A DNA stretch of 64,000 bases, taken from Hypanus sabinus. Lineage: Eukaryota. The DNA lies in NCBI RefSeq assembly GCF_030144855.1, contig NC_082725.1:37510001-37574000 (forward strand). Direction: 5' to 3'. The notes beneath the pieces are model-generated. The model saw only the letters and a list, made by a program, of their open reading frames with translations, made no database searches and had not been told where the DNA came from. Made by a program: the position numbers and the translations under genes. Within the stretch, counting starts at the first letter, position 1; each line of letters begins with the position of its first letter. Shown here in pieces: positions 40,572-52,341 of the stretch.

Positions 40572-40687
40572 CCCAGGTCCCGATGAAGGAGTGCCAATAA
40601 TCTTCTCTATAGATGTTGCCTGGCCTGCTGAGTTCCTCCAGCATTTTCCTCCAGGATTTCCAGCATCTGCAGATATTCTCCTGTTTG
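40572..40687 (+). repeat. Penelope terminal-repeat fragment
   Basis: gtcccgatgaagg...tagatgttgcctggcctgctgagttcctccagca...ccagcatctgcaga. Confidence 0.7.
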
Positions 40688-42204
40688 TCGTAAGACCTCT
40701 TCCAGGGCCTTTTCTCTGTAAGGCCAAGTTGCAGCCTCTCATATTCTGCAAAGCTTTGCAATTGGCAATCTTCCCCTCACCTCCCACCTGACTCTATTTA
40801 TTAAACTGTATCAGATAGGCTCCAACCTTTACAACTTCCTTCAGTCTCAGTTCCTCAGCAAACATAACTTACCACGTCAATACCCGAGGACCAAAATGCT
40901 AAAATCACATTCAATTCCAGGTACTTCACACGTGTTTAATTCCTAACTTACTTAACCTTCCAACTGTCCAACTCTAGCTTCTTTACTCAGACTTCTAGCA
41001 ATTTCTCCTCCTTTTCTTGTTTCCTTGAGAGCTTATAGGCAATTTCCTTGACAATGGCCTTCAACCAATATGAGAAATAATCAGACAACACATTTCCGAC
41101 TTTCTATTTTTGGGTGAAGAATCTTAGCCAAGTAAACAAGCCTTTGCACTTCTTACAAACGTTTCAGATAAAAGAGCAACAAACAGTGTGCAGGAGGAAA
41201 TCAGCAGGTTAGCAGTACCTATTGGGGTGAGGGTGGGATGTTGGGTGAAGGAATTGTTGATGCTTTGCATCAAAACCCTGGATCAACTCAACCAGCTGAA
41301 CTAATCCAGCAGAGGAAACTTTTTTTGCGCACGATTCCAGCATTCAAGATAATAAGATAAAGTCATCATCCATACTACCTGCCACAGGAGAGCAATTCAG
41401 CTTTCTTGATGGCAATCTACAATCAAACCTAGTGGACACAAAGCCCACACTCAATAAACGATATCTGTGGTCAATAGCCTTGAAATGGGATAGCCTCTTC
41501 GTCACTGCCAGTGACTTCAGTCTGGCTAACTTTAAAAGTGTGTTACCAAAATACTACCAGTACATCTCCTGTCCCACCAGGGGACCAAAAACCCTTGAAC
41601 ACTGCTAGACAACCAAAAATACCTATTGAGCCACACCCCATCCACACTTTGACAAATCAAACCATCAGGCTGTGCTCCTTCTCCCTGCATACAAACAGAA
41701 GCTGAAATATGAAGATCTAGAATAGGTTAGTGCTGGTCTGGGGAAATAGATGAGCTTCTAAATGACTGCTGAGTCAGGTCATTCAAAGTCTCAGCAGCCA
41801 GCCTAGATGAGTATGTTGCCACCATCATGGACTTTATCAGCATGTGCGCTGAGGACTATCCAAACGTTCCCAAATCGAAAACCATTAGAGGAGCCCGGAA
41901 GTCCACTACTTACTAAAATCTAGGACTGTAATTTCAAACAGGTGACCATAATTTCAAAAAGAAATCAAAATTATGACCTCTGTAAAGCTATGAGGGATGC
42001 CAAGAGACTGTACTTGTCCAAATTCCAGTTGCAGACCAGCTGTCATTTATGTGCAGGGTTTACATGCTACAACAGGATACAAAATTACGTCAGGCAGCAT
42101 TGTTGACAACAGCACATTCCTTAACAATCTACTTCATTATGACCTTGCATTTTGTTGTCTACCCATACTTTATTCTGCAATATCATTTTACCTTGTACTA
42201 CTTC

Positions 42205-43590
42205 ATAGAAAATCCTCAGCACATTACATACAGGCCCTGCAGCCCACAATGTTGTGCCGACCGTGTAACCTACTCTAGAAGCTGCCTAGAATTTCCCTAC
42301 TGCATGGCCCTCTATTTTTTTCTAAGTTCCATGTATCTATCTAAGAGTCTCCTAAAAGACCCTATTGTATCTGCCTCTACCAGCTTCGCTGGCAGTGCAT
42401 TCCACACACCCACCACTCTGTGTGAAAAGCATACTTACAAGCACCTTTAAACTATGCCCCCTCATGTTAGCCATTTCAGACGTGGGAAAAAGCCTCTGGC
42501 TATCCACATGATTAATGCATTTCATCATCTTAAACACCTCTATCAGGTCACCTCTCATCCTCCATCGCTCCAAGGAGAAAAGGCCAAGTTCACTCAACTT
42601 ATTCTCTTAAGGCATGCTCTCCAATCCAGGCAACATTCTTGTAAATCTCCTCTGCACTCTCTCTGTAGCATCCACACCCTTCCTGTAATGATGTGACCAG
42701 AACTGAACACAGTACTTCCAGTGGGGTCTAACTAAGGTCATATATAGCTGTAACATTACCTCACAGCTCTTCAACACAATCCAATGGTTGGTGGAGGCCA
42801 ACACACCATACAGCTTCTTAACAACACAGTCAACATGTGCAGAAGCTTTGAGTGTCCTAAGGACACGGACCTCAAGATCTCACTGATCCTCTACACTGCC
42901 AAGAGTCTTATTATTAGTATTATATTGCTATTGAGGCAGTGCAGCGTAAGTTCATGAGGTTAATTCCCGGGATGGCAGGACTGTCGTATGTTGAAAGACT
43001 GGAGTGACTGGGTTTGTATACACTGGAATTTAGAAGGATGGGAGGGGATCTGATTGAAACATAAGATTATTAAGGGAGTCGACACACTAGAGGCAGAAAA
43101 CATGTTCCTGATGTTGGGGGAATCCAGAACCAGAGGCCACAATTTAAGAATAAGGGGTAGGCCATTTAGAACGGAGTTAAGGAAAAACTTTTTCACCCAG
43201 AGAGTTGTGGATCTATGGAATGCTTTGCCTCAGAAGGTAGTGGAGGCCAATTCTCTGGATGCTTTCAAGAAAGAGTTAGATCTTAAAGATAGCGTGGTCA
43301 AGGGATATGGGGAGAAGGCAGGAACGGGGTACTGATTGTGGATGATCAGCCATGATCACAGTGAATGGTGGTGCTGGCTCAAAGGGCCAAATGGCCTACT
43401 CCTGCACCTATTGTCCAGTATATTCTGTCTTGAAATGAACCACTTCACACTAACCTGGGTTGAACTCCATCTGCCATTTCTCAGCCCTATTCTGGATCCT
43501 GTCGATGTCCCGCTGTAACCTTCAACAACCCTCCAGACCATCCACAACGCCCCCAACTTTTGCGTCATCAGCAAACTTACTAACCCACCT
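42205..43590 (-). mobile_element. CR1 LINE (minus strand) containing a nested plus-strand CR1 3' fragment at ~42928-43415
   Basis: Minus: LVRPHWKYCVQFWSHHYRK and RMRGDLIEVFKMMK. Plus insert: GESRTRGHNLRIRGRPFRTELRKNFFTQRVVDLWNALP. Minus CR1 resumes after 43416. Confidence 0.85.
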
Positions 43591-45834
43591 GTCTTTCGAT
43601 GCAGAGTTGTAATGAATTGATCTGTATGAACACTGTACCTTGATACATTTAACAATAATAAACCAACCTACCTAAAACTTGGTTCTTGCTCTCAATGTTT
43701 AACATACAGTACCAATATGTAACCCAACTTAAAAAATACCAGGCCCCTAATCCAACAACTGACCAAAACAACGTGCACCCTAAACCAGGTCACTTATTTA
43801 TGAGTTTGTATATTAATTATCTCACTCTTGGTTACAAAGCAAACAAAACAAGATAAGGACTGGAACTGTAGTTCATCAGCAGTTAGCTCTTTCAAACTTT
43901 AAGAGACAATATACTGCAAACATACTCTTTGGCACTGAGAATGCATCAGCACAGGGTTCCTTTAATTTGGGCTGCCTGGCCATAGAGCACACCTACACTT
44001 AGCAATGGACTAAGAATCTGACTAGTGTATTCAGACTAAATCCAGCCTTTGTAGAGAATGCAGGTTAGGTGAGGGCCATCTTCCTCCAGTTGTAAAGGGA
44101 GGTGTTGAGCCCCCGGACTAGAAATGTGATGAAGAGCTGTATTCAATAAGCAATAGTCCAAGGTAGATGTCTTTACTGTCCAGGTGCTCCGGAGCTAGGG
44201 CCAGGGAGTCAATGTCAGCCATAGACCTGCTTTAGCACAAAACCAGAACAAACATGAGGCCAGTTTGTTATTTCATGTGGAATATTACTGACACCAGATA
44301 TCCTAATGGATAATTTGCTCCAATTGATAAAGGGGACGTACATTTCAGTTCAAGTTCACAGAGCGACATCACCCCCCCCCCCCAAACAAAATGTCCGCCT
44401 AATCTATGGTTCCCCCATATACACAGGGTTGTACCACTCAGTACGCAATTAACCAACAGGGCCGTTCATCGGAATGTTGGGGGAAACAGCAGCGCCCGAA
44501 GGAAGCTCATGAGGTTAAAAGGAAAAGCCAACTCTGGACCAGAACCAGAAAATGCTGAAAGAGTTGGGCCACATCAATGGGAGGGTAAGCGGGGTCAACG
44601 AACTGAAAATGTGTTGTGCAAAGGCCTCCGATCTGATTTTTCCCCCACAGATTGCGACCTGACCTGCTGAGTAGGTCCAGCATTTTTATTTATTGTTTTG
44701 GATTTCAAGCAAATTTCTCCCCCCCCCCACCCCCCGTGTGTGTGCCATGTCGACACAAGCAGCACCATAGGTCAGAATTGAAGCCGCGATCCGCACCGTT
44801 GTGCCACAACTGTTAGATGTAACGTAGCCGAAAGGTAGGAACAATCTAGACCCGACAACACAAAATTTATCTGAAAGCAAATTCATGTTTCCAGAAAGAT
44901 GCACGGACTGAATGGAGAGCCAGATTTCCCGCCCTACCAACAAGGAGACAAGATGCTGCGAGTGTGTGGTAAAAGCCCTTCCTAGACATTTTGTAAGGTA
45001 AACTGTTAGTAACAAAAAAAAACTGGAAAAAAAAGTGCTCTAAGTGTAGTTCTCATACTTCCAAATATTCCTGCACGTACCCCCAAGGTTAGTTGCTATG
45101 TCCCAGGGTGATGATGACTTGGTACAAGTGACTAGTCACTGGCGTTTCTGAACGCCCGGTTCAGGAACGACACTGAATCCGGGTGGACTCGCTTCCTGCC
45201 AGCTGTTTTGGTCAACAGCTTATTGCCTGAAGCAGACAACCAGACGAAATGCAAATGGCTTTTAATTAGCTCTATTTGTATGGTAACGAGCATGCAAAGC
45301 GCCCCAGAATGCTTTGGTCTGTTAAGAAACAAAATTATTTATAAATATTTTATAACACGTCAAGTAAATTGTTTCTTTAATGGTTAACGTTGGCCCCTTG
45401 TTTAAAGTTATCACCTCGACATACACGCCCTTCAACTCGCAATAAGGTTCTAAGTTTCTAATGATAGCAAGAACCATTGGAGAGTAGGTCAACTTTTTAA
45501 AGTGACAGGCAGCCTGGATTTAACAAATCCTCTCCGTTCCGCTTACAGATAATTAACGCCACTTAAGTCCTGTTGTACGAAATGTCATTGTACAATAGCA
45601 ACCCCAATGCATCTTCACACCATTTTATCCACAATTTACTCTGTCAGAAACAACTTCTGTGATCTAGCATTACAATGACTTCCCACAGTGGGCATCCTCA
45701 CTCAACAAGGTTGGAAGGCGAGACTTATCGAGGGATTAACGTTAAGAAAGAATGCGCATGTTACATTACAACGTAGCACAGTTAGTAACTGAAAGCTCCG
45801 TTAACACATCTATGGACAAGATTCCATCACTCAC

Positions 45835-46096
45835 CTATCTTCCCCAAACTGGCCACCAGAATCCACACTGCTATGATGTAAGGAGCTTGGACATGTTCCC
45901 ATCGGAAGGAGACGATACGAAAGCCAGGCTGGTGTCCGCTCGTCTCGTTACCTCCGTGAGACTCGCCTTGAAGCTCGGTGTCGCTCGGGGGATGCGCTTC
46001 CTCTTGCAAGCTGCAAGCCACCGGGTGGGAAAGCAACAGCCCAAGAGCCGTCAGCAAGGCACACCTGGCCGCAGACTCGCTCCTGCCTCTCCCCAT
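45835..46096 (-). CDS. SLC9A3: SLC9A3 (NHE3) first coding exon, distal alternative copy; partial CDS
   Basis: ATG at 46096-46094 (GAGATGG). Encodes signal-peptide-like [28 protein letters not shown] and [30 protein letters not shown]. Ends after 87 codons+1 nt at donor G|GTGAGT (45834-45829), phase 1 like the other copy. Confidence 0.9.
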
Positions 46097-46181
46097 CTCC
46101 TTCCCTCAGTGTGCTCTATGTGCGCGCGTCTGCCGTTGAACAGATCCCGAGTGAAACCGGTTCCGAGTATTCGAATCAGAC

Positions 46182-46238
46182 CTCCCAGCCGCTCTATTTA
46201 TAAACTCGGCCAATTAAACGTGGGGGGGGGGGGGGGGG
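46182..46238 (-). promoter_or_regulatory. Core promoter of distal exon 1 (TATA box 46197-46202, TTTAATTG element, G17 run)
   Basis: Minus-strand TATAAATAG ~100 nt upstream of the ATG; same 8-nt spacing between the TATA and CAATTAAA motifs as in the proximal promoter. Confidence 0.7.
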
Positions 46239-47764
46239 AGAGTCAATTTGCAAATCAACTGAAACACCAAGGGACTAGGCGGAGGCAAAGAAAAGGGGGT
46301 GGCTTGCATTTTCACACTTCATTCTGTATGTCAAATAATGTATAATTAAACTCATCGTTCCACATGCTGTCAGCAGTGTGGGTATCCTAAAATGCGTTTG
46401 TAAATCGCTCCTGCGCTTATCTCTCGTCACATTTTTTTTTGTTCTTGGATACTTTTAACTTAAAAAGGGCATTGCCTTTAGGAGAAGAACTCTTCAAATA
46501 TTTCGTCTGCCGCACGTCTAATTCCAACCATGCCATAAATTTCCGTAACTCATCCGTAACATCGAGCACAAAAGCGTTAGGCTATTAAAGAAACATACAC
46601 ATTCGCGAGAAAGGAATAACCTTGAAAATCATGGGCAGCGCGAACACCGGAACGGAACAGAAGTATTTAGGAAATGAAGCAAAGAAGTCAGAATGGGGGA
46701 AAAAAGAGGAATCTGGTAAGAGATGAACTTGCTCTACCACTATCCATCGATTCATGTAGATCCCTCACATGTTGACTGGTCTGATCACCTGTGTGTGTTG
46801 TTACATTACATTCCAAACTCTGGAATTTTGTCCCTCTCTAGACTTTTGATGTTCTTCTTCCCCCCCCCCCCCACCACCACCCCTGAAAAGCCTCTCTGAT
46901 CAAACCTATGATTACTGAACCAGATTTTTAAAAAGTGTCATTCTAAGGCTGACTATATTTTCATGACAGCATAGATGAAGGAATGCATGGATGTTTCAAG
47001 TGGCTTCAGATCCTTAGTGCTGGGAAACTGGGAGAAACCTGTGCAAACTTTATGTTTAGAATTGACCTCAAGTGATTTCTGATGAATGGGAGGAGTGTGG
47101 GAACTAAGCATGGGCAGGGCTCAGCTCAACTGTGATAGGCTTCTATTTATTTAACCAAGGATGTGAACATCCCACAAGACTAACATTTGTTGTCCATGTC
47201 TAATTATTCTTTAATTGATTGACTTGCTTGATAACTCCACAGGGTTGTCAGGGATTATATACAAGTCAGACAAGGGAAGAATGGTAACTTGCCTTTCCTG
47301 ATGGATTTTAGTGAACCAGAAAGTCTGTTACAAAACTGGACTAACATAAATGCTGACTTTTATTCTATAGTTTTATGAATCAAATTTCCCAGCTGCTTTA
47401 GTAGGATTCAATTTCACATTTTCCAAATCATTAGCCCAGAGTTTTGGATGGTAGTCAAGTCAGTTAACCTAGGTGCTATCATACCTCAAGGTCATTAGTG
47501 TTCCTCTTTTTAAAGACCCACCTACTAATCAGCCAGGGAATAATAGTGAGTTTCCAAAAAAACACATCCCTGATCTCTCAGCAAGAGTTGACTTGAATCA
47601 TTTTCACACCAGATACTAAAACCAGAAGTATAAGTTATACTGTCCTGACAGCAGATTCATGGTCTTCTTTTGAATGAAACATAAAAAAGCTAAGAAAACC
47701 ACAGAAGAAAATCAAAAAAAGAAATTGCTTTAAATTACTTCCATATGCCAGGTCTCAGTCGATC

Positions 47765-47875
47765 AGAGTCCTGGTGAAGGGTCTCGGCCCGAAGCATCGA
47801 CTGTTTACTCCTCCACCATTTTGTTTGTGTTCCTTCGATTTCCAGAAGGTGCAGATTTTCTTATCTCAGTCTGTC
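47765..47875 (+). repeat. Penelope terminal-repeat fragment beginning with a hammerhead motif
   Basis: agtc-ctggtga-a-gggt-ctcg-gccc-gaag-catc-gact (47767-47802); stem II intact, core mutated. Confidence 0.7.
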
Positions 47876-49287
47876 CATGTAAGGTACAGTTACTTAAGTG
47901 TTCCAGGTGTTTTAAAAATACAGTATGATAAAGGTTTCGCCTTTCCAGGAATTGAGTTATCGAACTCAACTATTGTTTAAGTAAAATAAAATCTTCGCAT
48001 TTTTTTTTCCAATTAATATACCTATTTCCACAAGCGACAAATCTTTATGACAGTTGGTCAATAAATAGAAGTAATAAATTCCTCACTGGTAGAATCATGT
48101 AGTTACAGTATTTATCAATACAATCATTATCAAGAATATAGTGTTAGCCAGTTTCATACCCATGTATCATTGACATCCTGTTTTGGCTGATTTTCATCTG
48201 TTATAAATTTAATTAGGTCCCTCCTATCCGTATCTAAACTTATAATTTTATATCCCTCAATTGATTATCCCCTAAATTATTGATCCAATCAAAACACCCC
48301 AGCCTATCATTATTTCTTCATAATTGAACTCCTTCAACCTTGGGACTACCTGTATAAGTTTCCACTGAACCTTATTTTTTTGCAGAGCTCCTACATTGTG
48401 TTAACCAAAGTTGTAATCTGGTTTGTGTTTTATATCGCTTCAGTATGATCTCTGAGCTCTTGCATTCTGACTCAACAAAGACAAGTGTCCTAAACGCCTC
48501 TTAATAAAGAATATCTTGAGGGTGGCAATGAGTTTTGTGAATAGGAACACAGTGACTGAAAGGCTGACTTGTTTTTGAAGTGTTTCCAACACACAAGTGT
48601 ACACAGATCACTCACCTGTATGCTTTTTTGAGAGGAAAATAAATAATATCGAAATCATACAGAATGTGACAAATAGTGATCAATTAACTGTCCATTTGAT
48701 GCCAACCACTCACAGAAGGCTTCAAGTAAAATGATTGGTATTTTGTACGAATCAAGGACATCTGAAGAAAGACAAAGTTTTGTACAACCAGTTGGATGGC
48801 CTCCTAGGCCATTGTTTTCTGAAGTGAAGTGAAGGGATCAGCATAAGGGAAGGAGAGCATAAAGAAAGAGAGCGTGATTTATTGTTACAGAGGATGAAAT
48901 CTACCAGAGGTGATAATTGATATTCGTAAGTAGACTTTATTTAATTAAGTTCTAATTTTGTTGGAAGGTAAAAATTTAGAAGAAAATTAGCTTGTGTATA
49001 CAAAAGTGAATCTTAGACCCCAATTTTAAAACACATTACAAATCTAACAACAATGCTTTAAATGATTAAAGATTGGATGGTAGACAAGTATTTGTATTTC
49101 CATGGCACTTTTCACACCCTCAGGTGATCCAAACTATTTCTTAGTTAATTAAACAAATATTTAAAAAGTTTTAATAAAGCCAAAGGTAGAATATTTGCAG
49201 AACATGGACAATGTCATGTAATCACCTGCAACATTAATATTCCACTCAATAGAGCAGGGCCCTGACTTTATTGGAGGAGAAACTTTC

Positions 49288-50135
49288 AAGGTGAGATTCT
49301 GAAGATGCTGGAAATCCAGAGCAATACATACAAAATGCTGAAGGAAATCAGCAGGTCAGGCTGCACCTATGCAAATAAATAAACAGTCAATGTTTCAGGT
49401 CGAAACCCTTCATCAGGACTGGAAAGGAAGGGGGGAAGATGCCAAAATGAGAAGGTGGGAAGGAGAAGGAGGATAAGCAAGAAGGTGATAGGTGAAGCCA
49501 GCTGGGTGGGTGAGGAGACAAAGTAAGAAGCTGGGCAATGATAGGTGGAAAAGGCAAAGGGCTAGAGAAGAAGAAATTTGATAGGAGATGAGAATGGATC
49601 ATAGGAGAAAGGGAAGGAATAGGGGCACCAGGATGAGCTGATAGACAGGTGAGGAGAGGTAAAGGGCCAGAGTGGGGAAAAGAAGAAGAGGGAAGGGGAG
49701 GAGAATTTCTGGAATTTGGAGAAAGTGATATTCATGCCATCAGATTGAAGGCCTCCTAAACAAAATATGATGTTACTCCTCCAACTTGAGAGTGGCCTCT
49801 ATATGGCAGAAAGAGGAGGCAAGGGCTGACATGCCAGAACACAAATGGGGATGGGAATCAAAATGGTTGGCCACAAGGAAATTCCACTTTTTTTGAAGAT
49901 TGAACATTCAACAAAGCGGTTCCCCCATTCTAAGTTGAGCCTGACCAACGAAGAGGAGACCACATCAGAGCACCAGATACTGTAGGCAACCCCAGCAGAT
50001 TCGAAGGTAAGGTATAGTCTCACATGGAAAGACTATTTAGGGCTCTGAATGGAGGTAAGGGAGGAGATGAGAAGGATCCCTGCAGAAAGTGGAGTGTAAG
50101 TGTGGGAGGTATTTGTTGTTAAGATCCCATTGAAG
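49288..50135 (-). mobile_element. Penelope-like element 3' portion (GIY-YIG remnant and terminal repeat)
   Basis: Minus frame TFESAGVAYSIWCS...GNRFVE; terminal repeat at 49288-49421. Confidence 0.75.
49384..49421 (-). ncRNA. Minimal type-I hammerhead ribozyme motif (best-preserved copy; stem III carries a CpG-decay mutation)
   Basis: Minus strand reads CAGUC CUGAUGA A GGGU UUCG ACCU GAAA CAUU GACUG: 5-bp stem I, intact CUGAUGA and GAAA core, stem II with tetraloop. Confidence 0.65.
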
Positions 50136-50630
50136 ATGGCAGACTTCCGATCTTCTGATCAAGATGGCGCCTGTGCACAACGCTTCCATAGAACACAGAA
50201 CAACTTATTTCAATTATTTTATGTCTTTTACATCTTGAATGTGTTTCTGGAACTGTTGGAATCTGCGATTGGTAGTTTGGAGATCATTTGGGTGATCCAG
50301 TGCTCTGCAGTCTCCAATAGGATGCCGAGAGGCATAGGCTAGTCTCGTGGTGAGTAGACTGCTGGGGTGTGAGCTGATGTTCGACTCCATTTCTTCAATT
50401 AAAGCTTCCATTGTTCACCAATTAAAGCAATAAGGAAGAATGAAACATCAAGGATAATGCCGAAGTTGAACGCTGGCCAGCTGCCTTTTAATTGCTAGTG
50501 AAATCACTCTGCTGCTGGAGAGGGGAGATTGTCCAGAGGATCTTACTGAGGTTTTCAGCACTTTGGAGGATATGGATATAGATATGGTTGTGGGCCATGG
50601 ACTATGGACTTTCAGTCTTAACATTTTTAT

Positions 50631-51377
50631 CTTTCAATCTTTTTATTGATTTTCATATATACACAAAAAAATAACATAGTAATAAGTAAATTATGAATAC
50701 AATAGACTTGAAATCACATTGATAATAAGATAATAATATCCTACTAAACATCAACAGAAGAAAATACCTTAATCAATCAAGTCCACATGATTATATGAAA
50801 AAAAAACAAAAATAACCATTAAAAAAGAAAAAAAAATATTAAAAATATGTGAAAAAAATATATATATTAAAAAAAAATAAAACACTAAACTAAACTAACA
50901 TGGGCAATAATAACAGTTTACAAGTATATGATAGTGTCAAAGAACTCCGGAACTCCATACCTGAACATGAATAAGCAGAAAGAAGGTCTGGAAAAGGCCA
51001 AATTAATTCATATGAAAATGTCGAATAAACGGTCTCCAAGTTTCTTCAAATTTAATTGATGAGTCAAAAATAGTGCTTCTAATTTTTTCCAAACTCATAT
51101 AAGAAATAGTTTGAGAAAGCCATTGAAATGTGGTAGGAGGATTTACTTCTTTCCAATTTTGTAATATAGACCTTCTGGCCATTAATGTTACAAAAGCAAT
51201 CATTCGTCTGCTTGAAGGGGAAAACTGATTACCATCTTCATTTGGTATGCCAAAGATTGCAGTAATAAAATGAGGTTGTAAATCTATATTCCAAATTGAG
51301 GAAATAGTAGTAAATATGTCCTTCCAATAATTATGTAAAGTGGGACATGACCAAAACATATGGGTCAATGAGGCCAC
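50631..51377 (-). mobile_element. L1-clade LINE, 5'-truncated 3' end, young
   Basis: Uninterrupted ORF2 C-terminus SLTHMFWSCPTLHNYW...ARRSILQNWK...LEKI...FEETWRPF; AATAAA near the 3' end; TSD aacatttttat (50620-50630) / aacgtttttat (51378-51388). Confidence 0.88.
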
Positions 51378-51639
51378 AACGTTTTTATATTCTGTGATTT
51401 TCATTTTTTTGTGTGGGGACGGGATTTTGGGATCGACTTTCCTGTTTGCTTGTTTTTTGTGTGGGGGAGGGGGGATTTGAAAGTTGATGATCATGCTGCT
51501 GTTCTTTTCTCTCTTGTTTCCGTGGCTACCTGGAGAAGAAGAATTTCAGATTTGTATACTGAGATAATAAATGAACCTTTGAACCATTTTTGTTACATTT
51601 GTTGAATGTGGAGTTGGATTTTGGATGACATTTTAAATG

Positions 51640-52341
51640 CCATTCACTTTTCTCGATTCCTTCATCTCTACTGCATCTGGTTCCAGGTTGAGGTTTTCCT
51701 TTCCAGAACATCAGAGATATCCTCCTTCTTCAAAAAGGGGTTTTCTGTCCTCCACCATTGATGCTGTCCTCTCTCACATCTCCTCCATTTTCTGGATATC
51801 TGTATTCACCCCATCTTCCTGCTGTTTTAACAGGGATAGTGTTCCTCTTGCCCTTTGACGTGTCGGTCCATGGCTTCTTCTTGTGCCAAGATGAGGCCAC
51901 CCTCAGGGTGGAGGAGCAACACCTTATTGGGTAGCATTTGGGTACTCTTCAACCCGATAGCATGAATATCAATTTCTCCTTCCGGTAAATGAATTTCCCT
52001 ACTCCTTCCTTTAATTGCACTCCGACCTTTTACCTCTTCTCACTTGCCTATAACTTCCCCCTCGATCCCCTCCTCCTTCCCTTTCTCCTATCAGATCCCT
52101 TCTTCTCCAGCCTTTGAACTTTCCCACCCATCTGGCATCACCTTTAATCTTCCAGCCAGCCTCCACCCCTTCCCCCACCTTTTTATTCTGGCATCTTCCC
52201 CCTTTCTTGTCCTGAAGAATGGTTTTGACCCAAAACGTTGACTGTTTGTCCATTTCCATAGATGCTGCCTGACCTGCTAAATTCCTCCAGCATTTTGTGT
52301 ATGTTGCTTTTGATTTCCATCATTTGCAGAATTTCTTGTGT
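51640..52341 (+). mobile_element. Penelope-like element, internally deleted, with terminal repeat
   Basis: KRGFLSSTIDAVLSHISSI thumb remnant, gaggagcaacacctta EN remnant, and degenerate hammerhead gtcctgaagaatggttttgacccaaaacgttgac (52209-52242). Confidence 0.75.

Larger units (their letters stand above)
44720..46660. promoter_or_regulatory. CpG-rich region around distal exon 1
   Basis: Elevated CpG retention from ~44.7 to 46.7 kb, peaking over 45900-46220; repeat-poor. Confidence 0.6.

Noticed and set aside
45752-46345. 197-aa plus-strand ORF
   Set aside because: Antisense shadow of the GC-rich SLC9A3 exon and promoter; runs through a G17 tract; no recognisable domain.
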